In this document: piece by piece, positions 53,358 through 64,000 of the stretch
Position numbering within the stretch: position 1 is the stretch's first letter
Layout: every line of letters starts with the position of its first letter
Origin: Haliotis cracherodii
Taxonomy: Eukaryota
Length of the DNA: 64,000 bases
Direction: 5' to 3'
Assembly: GCF_022045235.1 (NCBI RefSeq)
Contig: NW_027266268.1
Coordinates: 18,414,001 to 18,478,000, forward strand
The notes under the pieces: generated by a model
Databases searched by the model: none
What the model was told of the DNA's origin: nothing
What the model saw: the letters and a program-made list of their open reading frames with translations, nothing else
Translations under genes and position numbers: made by a program

Positions 53358-54089
53358 CACGTGTAACACTGAATACCAGTGGGAAGACACACATGAAGTG
53401 GGAAGCACGTGTAACACTGAATCCCAATGGGAAGACACACATGAAGTGCGACACACGTGTAACACTGAATACCAGTGGGAAGACTCACATGAAGTGGAAA
53501 GCACGTGTAACACTGAATCCCAGTGGGAAGACACACATGAAGTGCGACACACGTGTAACACTGAATCCCATTCGGAAGACACACATGAAGTGCGAAACAC
53601 GTGTAACACTGAATCCCAGTGGAAAGACATACATGAAGTGCGACACACGTGTAACACTGAATCCCAGTGGGAAGACTCACATGAAGTGCAACACACGTGT
53701 AACACTGAATCCCATTCGGAAGACACACATGAAGTGCGAAACACGTGTAACACTGAATCCCAGTGGGAAGACTCACATGAAGTGCGACACACGTGTAACA
53801 CTGAATCCCAGTGGGAAGACAAACATGAAGTGCGAAACACGTATAACACTGAATCCCAGTGGGAAGACATACATGTAGAGGGCAGCACGTGTAACACTGA
53901 ATCCCAATGGGAAGACGCACATAGTGTGGAGCACGTGTAACACTGAATCCCAATAGGGAGACACACATGTAAAGGACAGCACGTGTAACACTGAATCCTA
54001 ATGGGGAGACACACATGAAGTGGGGAAAACGTGTAACACTGAATCCCAGTGGGAAGACGCACATAGTGTGGAGCACGTGTAACACTGAA
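53358..54089. repeat. 48-bp minisatellite, about 15.3 units
   Basis: Consensus cacgtgtaacactgaatcccagtgggaagacacacatgaagtgcgaca; units start at 53358, 53406, 53454 ... 54074. Confidence 0.95.
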
Positions 54090-54765
54090 CCACAATAGCA
54101 AGCCACACCTGTGCTTGAGAGCACGAAAGTCACAAAATGTCAATGCGGGAACAAGATAAAGTACAAATTTCCCCAAAGCACAGATATAATGTCTCAACCG
54201 AACAACGTCTCAACCTGCAAAGATAATCTGCATCCCACAGTGGCGCCAAGCCCCCCTTGAGCTTGCTTCAGTTTCAACTTTCAACTTCAGTATCAGGCAG
54301 AACTGGTGTTACATCATGTATAAACTGGGCGACTACAGCAGCTTAACACTAAAACTGACAGAAGGCATTAACTGTTAAAAATGGGGACAATTCACAAATG
54401 ACTTTATTACTCAAGAGCATGTTATGAAATCAATCACAACCTATGCATCTTCTCTATATATCTTTATTTAAAACAAACTTCAATTCAATACTACCACCTC
54501 TGGTGCAGAAGATCTTACATTCTTATTGACTATTAAACCGCCGGGCAAATACACTTCATAATTGGATTTCACAAACACATTACAAACGTTATCAAACCGC
54601 TGCTAGGTGAGAGAGGATTTGATATTTTGGTATTTTGGACCCCTCCCTTTCATAAATGCTGGATCCGCCCTGGAAACACAGTTACGAGACCCGTATCAAA
54701 TACATCACCATCGACTACTTGGTAACCAGTTTTTGTATGTTTCATCTTTAGCCACTATAAAACAT

Positions 54766-54913
54766 AGTCGGGTAGCCTTGTGGTTAAAGCGTTCGCTCGT
54801 CAAGCCCAAGACCCGGGTTCGATTCCCGACATGGGTACAATGTGTGAAGCCCATTACTGGTGTCCCCCGCTGGAATATTGCTAAAAGCGGCGTATGACCA
54901 TACACACTCACTC
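54766..54913 (+). mobile_element. Family A SINE
   Basis: gggtagccttgtggttaaagcgttcgctcgtc...ggttcgattccc...ggcgtatgaccatacactcactc. Confidence 0.85.
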
Positions 54914-55711
54914 TTTTGCCCAACATGATAGAAGAAATGGTCAACGCCTGATTAGCAAAAGGATTATCTGTAACTTTTGGAATAAACTATGTTGAAACTA
55001 AAACAAAAGGTCTTCTTAATATTATATTTATCATTTAATATTTTAAAGTACACTGAACTTCAAAGGAATTTCGAATAATGAGACCATTATGATGACGTCA
55101 CGCTATGTTTCTATCAGTTGATTCTGAACCGGGAATTCACTAGTCATTCGTGAACGTGCATTTTAAACAAGTAAAACTGTCACAACCATAGGTCTTTGTG
55201 CAAAAGTATTGAGAAATTCTACATCAACCATGGTTTAAGTCGGAGAAATCACACGCAGCCAATGATTCCGGAAGTAACATCAATGGACCCGAAGGTTCGA
55301 GTGATTTCTCCTTTACAGCTTGTATTTCTTTAAATTTTATCTTGTTTAAACAAGGGATGTTTTAAAAATGTCTCGCACAAGGATTTACTAAACATTGTCG
55401 ACGTGGCGTTAAGATATTCCAAGGTGAACATCCAACAGCAAGTACTGTAGACAAGAGCCTTGACGAACGCTGCTCATCTGTTGTCGGCGAGGCAATCCGC
55501 CCACAGCGGACAACCGATCCTTAAGGAAAGATTACGGTAGATTGTATCTGTTCTGTGTTCTATTATTCATCTAAGATCTTTTCACTGATTACAGAAACCG
55601 ACATCACGATGTGATTAATTGTTGATGGTTTAGCTTGTAGTTTCGAGTACTGTGTAGATTCGAGACTGCATAATGTCGTCAAATATCCTCTCATTAATAT
55701 CGCCAAGTTAG

Positions 55712-56523
55712 AGCAGTGAACATGGAAGCTAGCATGGGAAAGTGACAGCTAGGTGTGAACGTGAAACTTAGCAGAGAACGTGGCGGTTAGCAGTGTACGT
55801 GACAGTTAGCAGTGAATGTGTCAGCAGTGGACGTGACAATTAGCAGTTGACGTGGCAGTTAGCAGTGGACGTGACAGCAGTAAACGCGACTGTTAGCAGT
55901 GGACGAGACAGTTAGCAAGTGAAAGTGACAGCTAGTAGTGAACGTGAAACTTAGCAGAGAACGTGACGGTTAGCAGTGTACGTGACAGTTAGCAGTGAAT
56001 GTGTCACTTAGCAGTGGACGTGACAATTAGCAGTTGACCTGGCAGTTAGCAGTGAACGTGACAGCAGTAAACGCGACTGTTAGCAGTGGACGGGACAGTT
56101 AGCAAGTGAAAGTGACAGCTAGTAGTGAACGTGAAACTTAGCAGAGAACGTGACAGTTAGCAGTGTACGTGACAGTTAGCAGTGAATGTGTCAGTTAGCA
56201 GTGGACGTGACAGTTAGCAGTTGACGTGGCAGTTAGCATCGACCGTGACAGCAGTAAACGCGACTGTTAGCAGTGGACGAGACAGTTAGCAAGTGAACGT
56301 GTCAACTAGCAGTCAATGCGTCAGTTAGCAGTGGACGTGACAATTAGCAGTTGACGTGGCAGTTAGCATCGACCGTGACAGCAGTAAACGCGACTGTTAG
56401 CAGTGTACGGGACAGTTAGCAAGTGAACGTGTCAGCTAGCAGTGAATGTAAAACTTAGCAGACGGTTAGCAGAGGACGTGACAATTAGCAGTTGACTTGA
56501 CAGCAGTGAACGCGACATTTAGC
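55712..56523. repeat. 19-bp minisatellite (ttagcagtggacgtgacag) with an about 186-bp higher-order repeat
   Basis: About 40 degenerate monomers; the block gtgaaacttagcagagaacgtg recurs at about 55761, 55944 and 56131. Confidence 0.9.
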
Positions 56524-56585
56524 GCGTCAGTTTAGTTTGGAATCGGGACTTTATAGCCAGTTAACTCCCTTACCTCGGGAAGATG

Positions 56586-57056
56586 CGGTCGTTTCGTGGC
56601 CGTATATTTCATTGTTCGTATATTGCAATCGTTCCACGACCGTTTCGTCGAAGTATATTACATGTTTTGTAGACTGTGATCGTTCCACGATGGCATAATT
56701 GATTGGTTGTATATTGGGATCGTTCCATGTTTTCGTTGTCGTATATTTGATTGTTCGTATATAATGATCGTCCCACGACCATTTCGTGGTCATATAATTG
56801 CTTGTTTGTGTATTGTGATCGTTCCACAATCGTTTCGTGGTCGTTTAGTTAATTGTTTATATACTGTGATGTGAAACCCATTCCTGGGGTCCACCGACGT
56901 GATACTGCTGGAATAATAGCGGCGTAAAACCACACTCACTCCTTCACTCAATAATAAACTGTGATTGTCCCACGGTCGTTTTCTGGTCGTATATTTCATT
57001 GTTCGTATATCATGATCGTTCCACGACCGTTTCGTGGTCAACATTGAGATCGTCCA
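56586..57056. repeat. Degenerate minisatellite (about 50-bp unit) with palindromic core, interrupted by a family A 3' fragment (about 56870-56950)
   Basis: gatcgttccacgaccgtttcgtggtcgtatatttcattgttcgtatat units; the SINE fragment is flanked by actgtgat. Confidence 0.8.
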
Positions 57057-58001
57057 GGCCACTGCCTCTTCGTAATTGCGTAATGTGATACGCATATGGA
57101 TATGATGCTATATACGCGAAATCAAAACACAGATTAGAAAAAAACAACCACATGGCCTCTCTTCAGGCCAGTAAGAATAAAGTCCCCAGCGCAACCTATG
57201 CTTGTCGTACGAGGTGTCTAAATGCATCGGGTGTTTAGGCTTGACGACTTGGTTGATTGTCATCGTATCCCAATTGCGTGGATCGATGGTCATGATGTGA
57301 ATCACTGGTTGGTCTAGTCCAGACTCGATTATATCCAAACCGCCGTCATACAGCTGGGATATTGGTGAGCGCGGCGTTAAACAACAAACCCCAGCAAATA
57401 CAGACAATACCCCAACATGGGCGGTCCACGGTAGGTTGGAGTGATAATGGTGGTGGGCGTGAGGTGGGGGAAACTGGATAGCCTAAATACAAGGGGGCAC
57501 AACGCGCAACGTATTAGTTCCAAAACGCAACAGCTTAACGTGCAGTGTAGCGTCCTAACCTGTGGTTAGTTGCGGGAATTCGTTTTTCAAGACAGTACAG
57601 ACATTGTTTTCGAAAAGTAAATGCAGAAAAGTCAATCAGGTCCCAAATGTAATCGAGAATTGTTGTAAAAAACAACAAAAGAAGCAAATGAAACTGTTTA
57701 AAATGTGAACTCGTAAAAGAACGGAAGGCAATAAGTAGATGTCTCTCATTGATTTGATTATTTTTTCATTGCGGCACCTTGTGTACTTCCGAGATATCTT
57801 GTTTTTGGCGTTGACCTCTGAAGGTGTTTTTGGGGGGATAGGCCCCCAACATCCGCGAAGTAATGTCAAAACTATCTGAAATACGTAAAAGGTGGCCACG
57901 TTGGATTCAGCTGGAGGGTATGTGTGACCAACAGGAGGATCAGCTAGTACTAGTGACATTAGACACTACGTGGCGAATTGTGGGTTGTCTTCCCCTGGTG
58001 A

Positions 58002-58262
58002 ATGAGTGAGAGAGTTTGGTTCAACGCCGCTGTGAACAGTATTCCATTTATATCACGGCGTGTCAGCTTGATGTTGGAGAAAAGCCCCAAGTGATGCAGG
58101 TCTTAGACGTTTACCACTTCGGTAAAACCCACAAGAAAGGGTGCTGACAAACCTAGAAACAAAATCGGTGCGAACCGGGATTCGAATCCACGACCATGTG
58201 TTTTGCGTGCCCGAGGGACGCAACTCCTCGCAGCGAATTGCTACCACAGACGACTGGTCCCC
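58002..58262 (-). mobile_element. Family D SINE (diverged)
   Basis: Matches the 10074 copy. Confidence 0.75.
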
Positions 58263-58380
58263 ATTCAGATGTGAGAAGACATTTTCAAAAATCCTAGGTG
58301 TGTTGCACTTGGACCCTTTTGTTGAACACCTTTCCAAATAATGTGATTTTGAGTGTGATAGTTTACTTTTAAAAAATATA

Positions 58381-58605
58381 GCTTGCTGTAAAAGGCGACT
58401 ATGCTTGTCGTAAGAGGCGACTAACGTGATCGGGTGGTCAGGCTCGCTGACTTGGTAGATGCATGTCATCGATCCTAATTGCGTGGATTGATGCTCATGA
58501 TGTCAGTCACAGGATTGTCTGGTCCAGACTCGATTATTTACAGACCGCCATCAAAAAGCTGGAATAATGCTGAGCGCGGCGTTAAACAAAAAACAAACAA
58601 ACAAA
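58381..58605 (+). mobile_element. Family C element, 5'-truncated
   Basis: Double motif through to the (ACAA)n tail. Confidence 0.8.
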
Positions 58606-58790
58606 TCAAACTTTCACCGTGGAAGATATTGACAGTGCAACAAGAACTTCTAAAACTTTCAAACAGGAAGTACCAGAAAGAATCATCAATCTGGATCTTG
58701 CGAGAATAGAATGATTGACGTGAGTGAATTCTTATTGTATAATATCACGACAATATCAAGTGGTTTGAATTGTTGTATTGTTGTTAAACA

Positions 58791-58949
58791 GTGAGTGAGT
58801 ATGGTTTTACGCCGCTTTTAGCAATATTCCAGCCGAATCACTGTGGGGGACGCCAGAAATTGACGTCACACATTGTACCCATGTGGGAAATCGAACCTGA
58901 GCCTTTGGTCTGACGAGCGAACGCCTTAGCAACTGGGCTACCCCATCGC
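58791..58949 (-). mobile_element. Family A SINE
   Basis: Head and tail recognisable. Confidence 0.8.
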
Positions 58950-61769
58950 TTAATAGGCTTCGACCGTAGATTTACTCAAGTAAAGTTTGCCTGGGTGAAC
59001 TAACCTTAGTTTGAAATTATTTCGAAACCATGGGGCAACATTTTGTCTGAAGGTGGATGCTTTCAAGGGTCTTTGACTACAATCTGCACCGACGACCATA
59101 ACATACTGGAATAAGCGATAGCTACCCCACCGCCCCCTCTAAATAGAAACATTTACACAAGAGATTTAAGACGATGAAACAATGAATATACCCCAGACTC
59201 GATGATATATGTGTAGCCCTCTAAATCTCAGAGACTTAGCAGTGTACTTCCTGACTTACTTCACAAAGTATAAGCCTGTTTATGAATTTCTAAACACAGA
59301 ATTGGGCTATAAGAGTTCATATTACCCAACTAAACAGAAACCACTTTGATGAAATATTGTCGTAGCTAAAACACAAACGTTATGAGCAATGATCTTAAGA
59401 AGAGTTTGATATTTAACGAGAATTTCTGCTGAGAACACAACGTCAATACATCCATCAAGGAAATTAGAAACATTGCAAATTAATTCAATGCTTATCTACA
59501 AATTTTGAATAATTTGGCCAGACATATACAAACTACTCACTTACAATTTAAATTTGGAGCACCTCTTTTACAAATGATTTGATCTTACACACATTAAGGA
59601 TGAATATATTGAGAAAATGGCAATTGCTCATACCATATATACTTGGCTTCATTGTAAACTAACCAGGAAAAATGATAACGTCAGTGGGAAAATTTATGCA
59701 TATACAGAGACATAGCCAAATAATTACATCCATTTGCGCCGTACTTAAAAGACCTCACCTATAGAACGCCAATTACGTGTATGCTTGCAATCGTGCGAAT
59801 CAACGGGGGATATGTGTACCGTGGTGTGTTGAGCACTTCCGGTATAGGTCTAGACGCTGAAATTAGGCCCTTGTCTGAAACTGGGACACTGTCTCTCTGT
59901 AATAATGCTACTCATTAATACTGTTATACTGATTTAGAAGATAGCTAGGCGATACATCTCAAAGAACAATGAAGAACGGAGTGTGGTTTTGAAATTTGAT
60001 GTAAACCCGTTGTAGAGTAGATACCTCTTTATTTCAATTTGGAACCGACCGCTTTAGCGTGACGAAGTGGCCAGAGTCACCAAAAGCGGCAGAGGTCATT
60101 ACCTCGCTGGTCAGTGTAGGCTCTGTCGCCTCTGGAGGGGCAGTGTCGGGCCCAAATGGACAGTTAATACATTGTAAAGTTTACATATACTGAAAATTGG
60201 TACCAATATTTTGTCATGTATGAAGTTGTTCTTATTTGTTTCTAGCTAATGTTATTTTTTTATGTTTACGTAGTTTATTGCGTTTTTTTATTTTTATGAA
60301 CGTTACAATTTGTATGCAAACGATATACCTTCGTTGGTGTTCCCATCTCATCCATTGACATGTCATCATCAAACCAGTCAGGGTTAACCTCTTGGATGTC
60401 AAAATCGTCGCCAAAAACATCCGTAAGCGAATGATCTAACGATGGGTTATCGGCAGTCATCTTCGATGGATCGATATGTAGGCTGTCGATGTATACATAC
60501 GCACGATAGTTTGGTCAAATGGCTTGATATATTTAAAGGGGGTTTCCGTGGCAAAAAGGAAACCTCTTTTTAACCAATCAGAATCAAGCATTCTTCAATG
60601 TCATGGTAGAATAGAAGACAAACCAGTATTCAATCATGACGTCACTTAGTGGAATAAGGGTCTCTGAAATCCTCAAAGTGAGGAACAGCTAACTGCATTC
60701 CAGTCCCCCCAAAACTCCCGCTATCAGCAGGGGTCCTATTGCCAGCTTCACCAGTGTGTCACAACTGATTAATGACCACAAGCTATTCTGTAGCAGACGG
60801 ACATGTATGTGAGTCCAGAAAATAATTGTCTTCTTTTAAAATATTGATATTTGGTTATTTTAAACTACTTTCGAAACATTTAAATGTTCTGCAGATTAAA
60901 AAAAAGATATTGGTCAACTTGTAGACAACCCATTTAAATTTAAATTTTTTGTGCGTAACATAATGGCCTTATTAATGCTTTCATAAGCAGGCAAGACATA
61001 TTGCAAAGTATAACTCTTTTGCCATGAAACATTTATCTAGTCAGTTGTGTACGAAAATATCAAAAGTACAGTAGACATTGATGAATAATTAAAACAAATG
61101 TTCATAATTAACAAATCAAGTGGGTTTTTTACATGAAGCAGAAACAGTATTTACTAACTGAATTCAACATTTGACATAATGCACTTTACAGAGAGAGTTT
61201 TATTCCAAATAGGACATTTGTTACTTTGTACTTATTTATGTTTTAAATACTCTTTGCCATCAAAGTTAGAAGAAATGGGGTTGACTATGGTATTTACATG
61301 AAAGGAAAACCAAGATGAAACTATTTCTATATAGTTTGTTTTAACTGAACTTCTCACATCTACATGAATGTCACCAGAAGACCACGTGCACCAATTGTAG
61401 TACTAGGCAGTAGCATGATGTCCATTGCACCTGCAGGTTTATGAACACGCTTATAGCTCTTGAAAGATATTTCTTAAACCCTAGTAATTTTTGGAGTTGA
61501 GTCCCATCTGGGACAAAAATGGAAGTTTGACAAATGGTACTCACAAGCTTCGTGTACCACTCTGACAAGTGTATATTGGCACGGGTACAACTTTGCAATA
61601 TGTTCGCCACTTATTAAACCCACTAATTATAAAGTTTTAAATTTTACCCATCATATTATTCTCAAAAAGGTTTGAGGAACCATTTTACATTGCTACGTTA
61701 GATTTTGAGGAGGTTATTGAGGCATATAATTTAATTATCCTTTTAATAATCTGAAGTGGCAGTCAAACA

Positions 61770-62368
61770 TAACAAATGTTATATTTGGGATAACAGTTTC
61801 TTTGCAAAGTACAGTTTCTCCAGGATTCAAACCCACACTGCCAGAGTGAGGCACCAATCGCCAGCACACAAAGTCAGCGATCTAACCCACTCAGCCACCG
61901 AGGCTTCCACAAAAATGAAAGTCCGACAACTGGTAGTCTAGATCACGAACTTTGTGTACCCATCTGTCAAGTGTAAATTGGCACTGCTCCCATGGCCGAA
62001 AGCTATGAACACACAATGCCATTTAGAAAGTGGTCAAATGTAACAAATGTTATATTTGGGATAACACTTTCTTTGCAAAGTACAGATTCTCGTACTTTTT
62101 CGGGTTGAGTCCCGTCCAGGATTCGAACCCACACTGCCAGAGTGAGGCACCTAATGGCCAGCACACAAAGTCAGCGATCTAACCCATTCAGCCACCGAGC
62201 CTTAAACAAAAATGAAAGTCAGACAACTGGCCTTGTGAGCCCTGCCAATTTACACTTTTCAGAGGTGTACACAAAGTATGTGATCTAGACTACCAGTTGA
62301 CTACCAGTTTTACCCCAAATATGATATTTGTTACATTTGAACACTTTCTAAATGGCATTGTGTGTTCA
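61770..62368 (-). mobile_element. Composite tRNA-headed retroelement: about 1.7 tandem units plus 5' inverted fragments
   Basis: Units start at 61770 and 62041. A box TGGCTGAGTGG (61897-61887), B box GGTTCGAATCC (62129-62119). Segments 62232-62299 and about 62313-62368 are inverted copies of unit parts. 13-bp TSD TGGCAGTCAAACA (61757-61769, 62369-62381). Confidence 0.75.
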
Positions 62369-64000
62369 TGGCAGTCAAACAGTTTTGAACATTATTTGTA
62401 GTGGCGAACATATTGTAAATTTGCTCCAGTATAAATCCATTTTTCAATTTTTCACTGAAAGAGCAAGTTGAACAGAATACTATTAAAACACTAGTCTGCC
62501 TCACATAATCTCAAGCTTTTTAGTTTCCTTTCTGCCTTCCCCTTACTGCGCCCTAAAACATGAAACAAGTGTAAAATTTTCTAAAAGCTGAATCTCTCAT
62601 CTCAGTGTGGCTCTTTTTCAATATATTGGCGTTATTGGTTTTTACAAAATTATATAGACTAAGGGTTAGTCTACTAACATACCTACGAGTATGAGCCTAA
62701 CCCTAAACTACCATCATTAGTAATGGCTGATGAATTGCCTAATTGGGTTTAAACCCGATATATATAAATGCTTACCACATTGAACATGATTTAAATATTG
62801 GTCAAGGGATGTCAGTTTCCAGTGAATAGACACTTTATTATAATTGTAACCTTCAAAACGTTTTTCAAAGAGTTGATTTGGTCACTGTAGTTTCACTGTT
62901 TTGTCTTGGAGTGTTATGTTTCAATCCTTGAGTGTCAAGCTGGCCCATGCCATCAGTACCCTAAAGTAAACAAACTTTGACCAGCTTGACCGTGCCTGCT
63001 TCACTGGAGCAGGGGAACAACTGATAAGATCATGGCTAAAGAGTATCAGATTCAGTGAGAGGGGGGATGCTGACAGGGAGAGTTTGGGCTTATGCCACTA
63101 AGTGGACGTCATTTCTGGAGATTCGAACACATTGGACGACGTTATTTGCGAGAGGGGAGTGTCTAGTGAATTGCTTTCCAGGGATAGAGCTGAGCAGCGC
63201 AAATAAACGCAGTGGCCGAACGATCGCCTTCCTTAGTGGGAGATATATGATAACCGGTATTGGGAGAAAAGGTGCAGATAATCGACGTGTGGATTGTTAG
63301 AATATGCGGGAAATAAAATGGACATTGCCGAGGTCGGATTCCATTGAGGGAGTCATCATTATTTAAATGAGGGTAAATATTGTTAAACCTTGTACATTTT
63401 AATCACCATCCTTAAAGAGGCTGTACATAATGTTGATATATCATATAAGAAATACATCGTGGTCGTTGTTTATCGTACAATAAAACACTGCAGGGAGAAT
63501 AAACCCTTGCTTCCCTCATGGTTTATTCTCCCTTCATTGTTTTATTGTAAGATAAACAACCCCCACTCGTCGTTTATTTATCAAATACATCTGCCCAGTG
63601 GGGATTCAGTATGCTTGTTGGGATTCGACTAAAGTGAATCTGGTGGTCGGCTGATTTGTTCTATCTTACAGACTCCAAAGCATATATTTGATAAAACAAT
63701 CACCCCCATTCCACTCTTATCCCTGTTTAGCTCAAGCAGGTTGTACTCTTCCCCTTCTCAGCCAGGACATTAAGAGACTGGCATACTCAAGGGTTCCGTC
63801 ATGAAAATATTTTTAATTAACCTTTAAATCTTTATTTCAGATATTATATGTTAGTCTATAGGCAGTGTGATGAGGCTGAAATATTACCTACTGCGGCGTA
63901 AAATAACAGTCACCCGCCAAGTAATATATATCTTAAATTAGATTTAACAAACAAACACAGTGCCGTTTCAATGACTTAGATCAAACTTGATAGGGCTGCC

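Noticed and set aside
53358-54089. CRISPR-like look (regular period, palindromic core)
   Set aside because: No unique spacers, eukaryotic context and no cas genes.
53054-54197. Long ORFs (180-282 aa) in several frames on both strands
   Set aside because: Artefact of a 48-bp (16-codon) stop-poor tandem repeat plus an N run; the peptides are pure repeats.
55042-55525. Possible Kolobok-like DNA transposon end (TTAA-AGTACACTGAAC)
   Set aside because: No matching opposite terminus was found.
5326-58709. Recurrent short ORFs of the MLMMSITGLSGPDSIIYRPP type
   Set aside because: Translations of family C repeat copies with frequent frameshifts; no evidence of coding constraint.
62070-62125. Hammerhead ribozyme in the tRNA-headed unit (stem-GAAA-stem on the minus strand)
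   Set aside because: Helix II- and III-like stems exist, but there is no CUGANGA box and the cleavage position would be G (UUG); not a canonical active hammerhead.

Overview
AT-rich, SINE-dense eukaryotic genomic DNA with two assembly gaps. The SINE families look molluscan, probably abalone, but that is recollection and not verified. None of the ORF-track ORFs is a credible gene. Reading splice signals by hand instead reveals the 5' end of a minus-strand Notch-like gene. Exon 1 CDS (42628-42553) encodes a signal peptide, and a 79-nt exon 2 (26163-26085) encodes the first four Cys of an EGF repeat: MLRTAKGIVAALFLVLAVITVPLVRG/FPSCHPNPCKNQAQCIGISSDHSVC. Intron 1 is about 16.4 kb, and intron 2 (over 26 kb) runs off the left edge. 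Positions 43.3-64 kb are upstream/intergenic. Repeats comprise four short retroposon families with a related 3' tail (three tRNA-headed, one with a structured non-tRNA head), Tc1/mariner- and P-type MITEs, several minisatellites, and fold-back insertions with Penelope-like architecture. Best novelty leads: (1) a tRNA-promoter element with Penelope-type tandem-plus-inverted structure that shares its tail with the fold-back insertions (61770-62368); (2) the potentially pseudoknotted, precisely 5'-ended head of family C; (3) a 48-bp array rich in CSL cores and CACGTG E-boxes about 10 kb upstream of Notch; (4) an orientation bias of intronic SINEs whose tails read as splice donors in antisense; (5) an overlapping uORF over the Notch start. 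All counts and alignments were made by eye.
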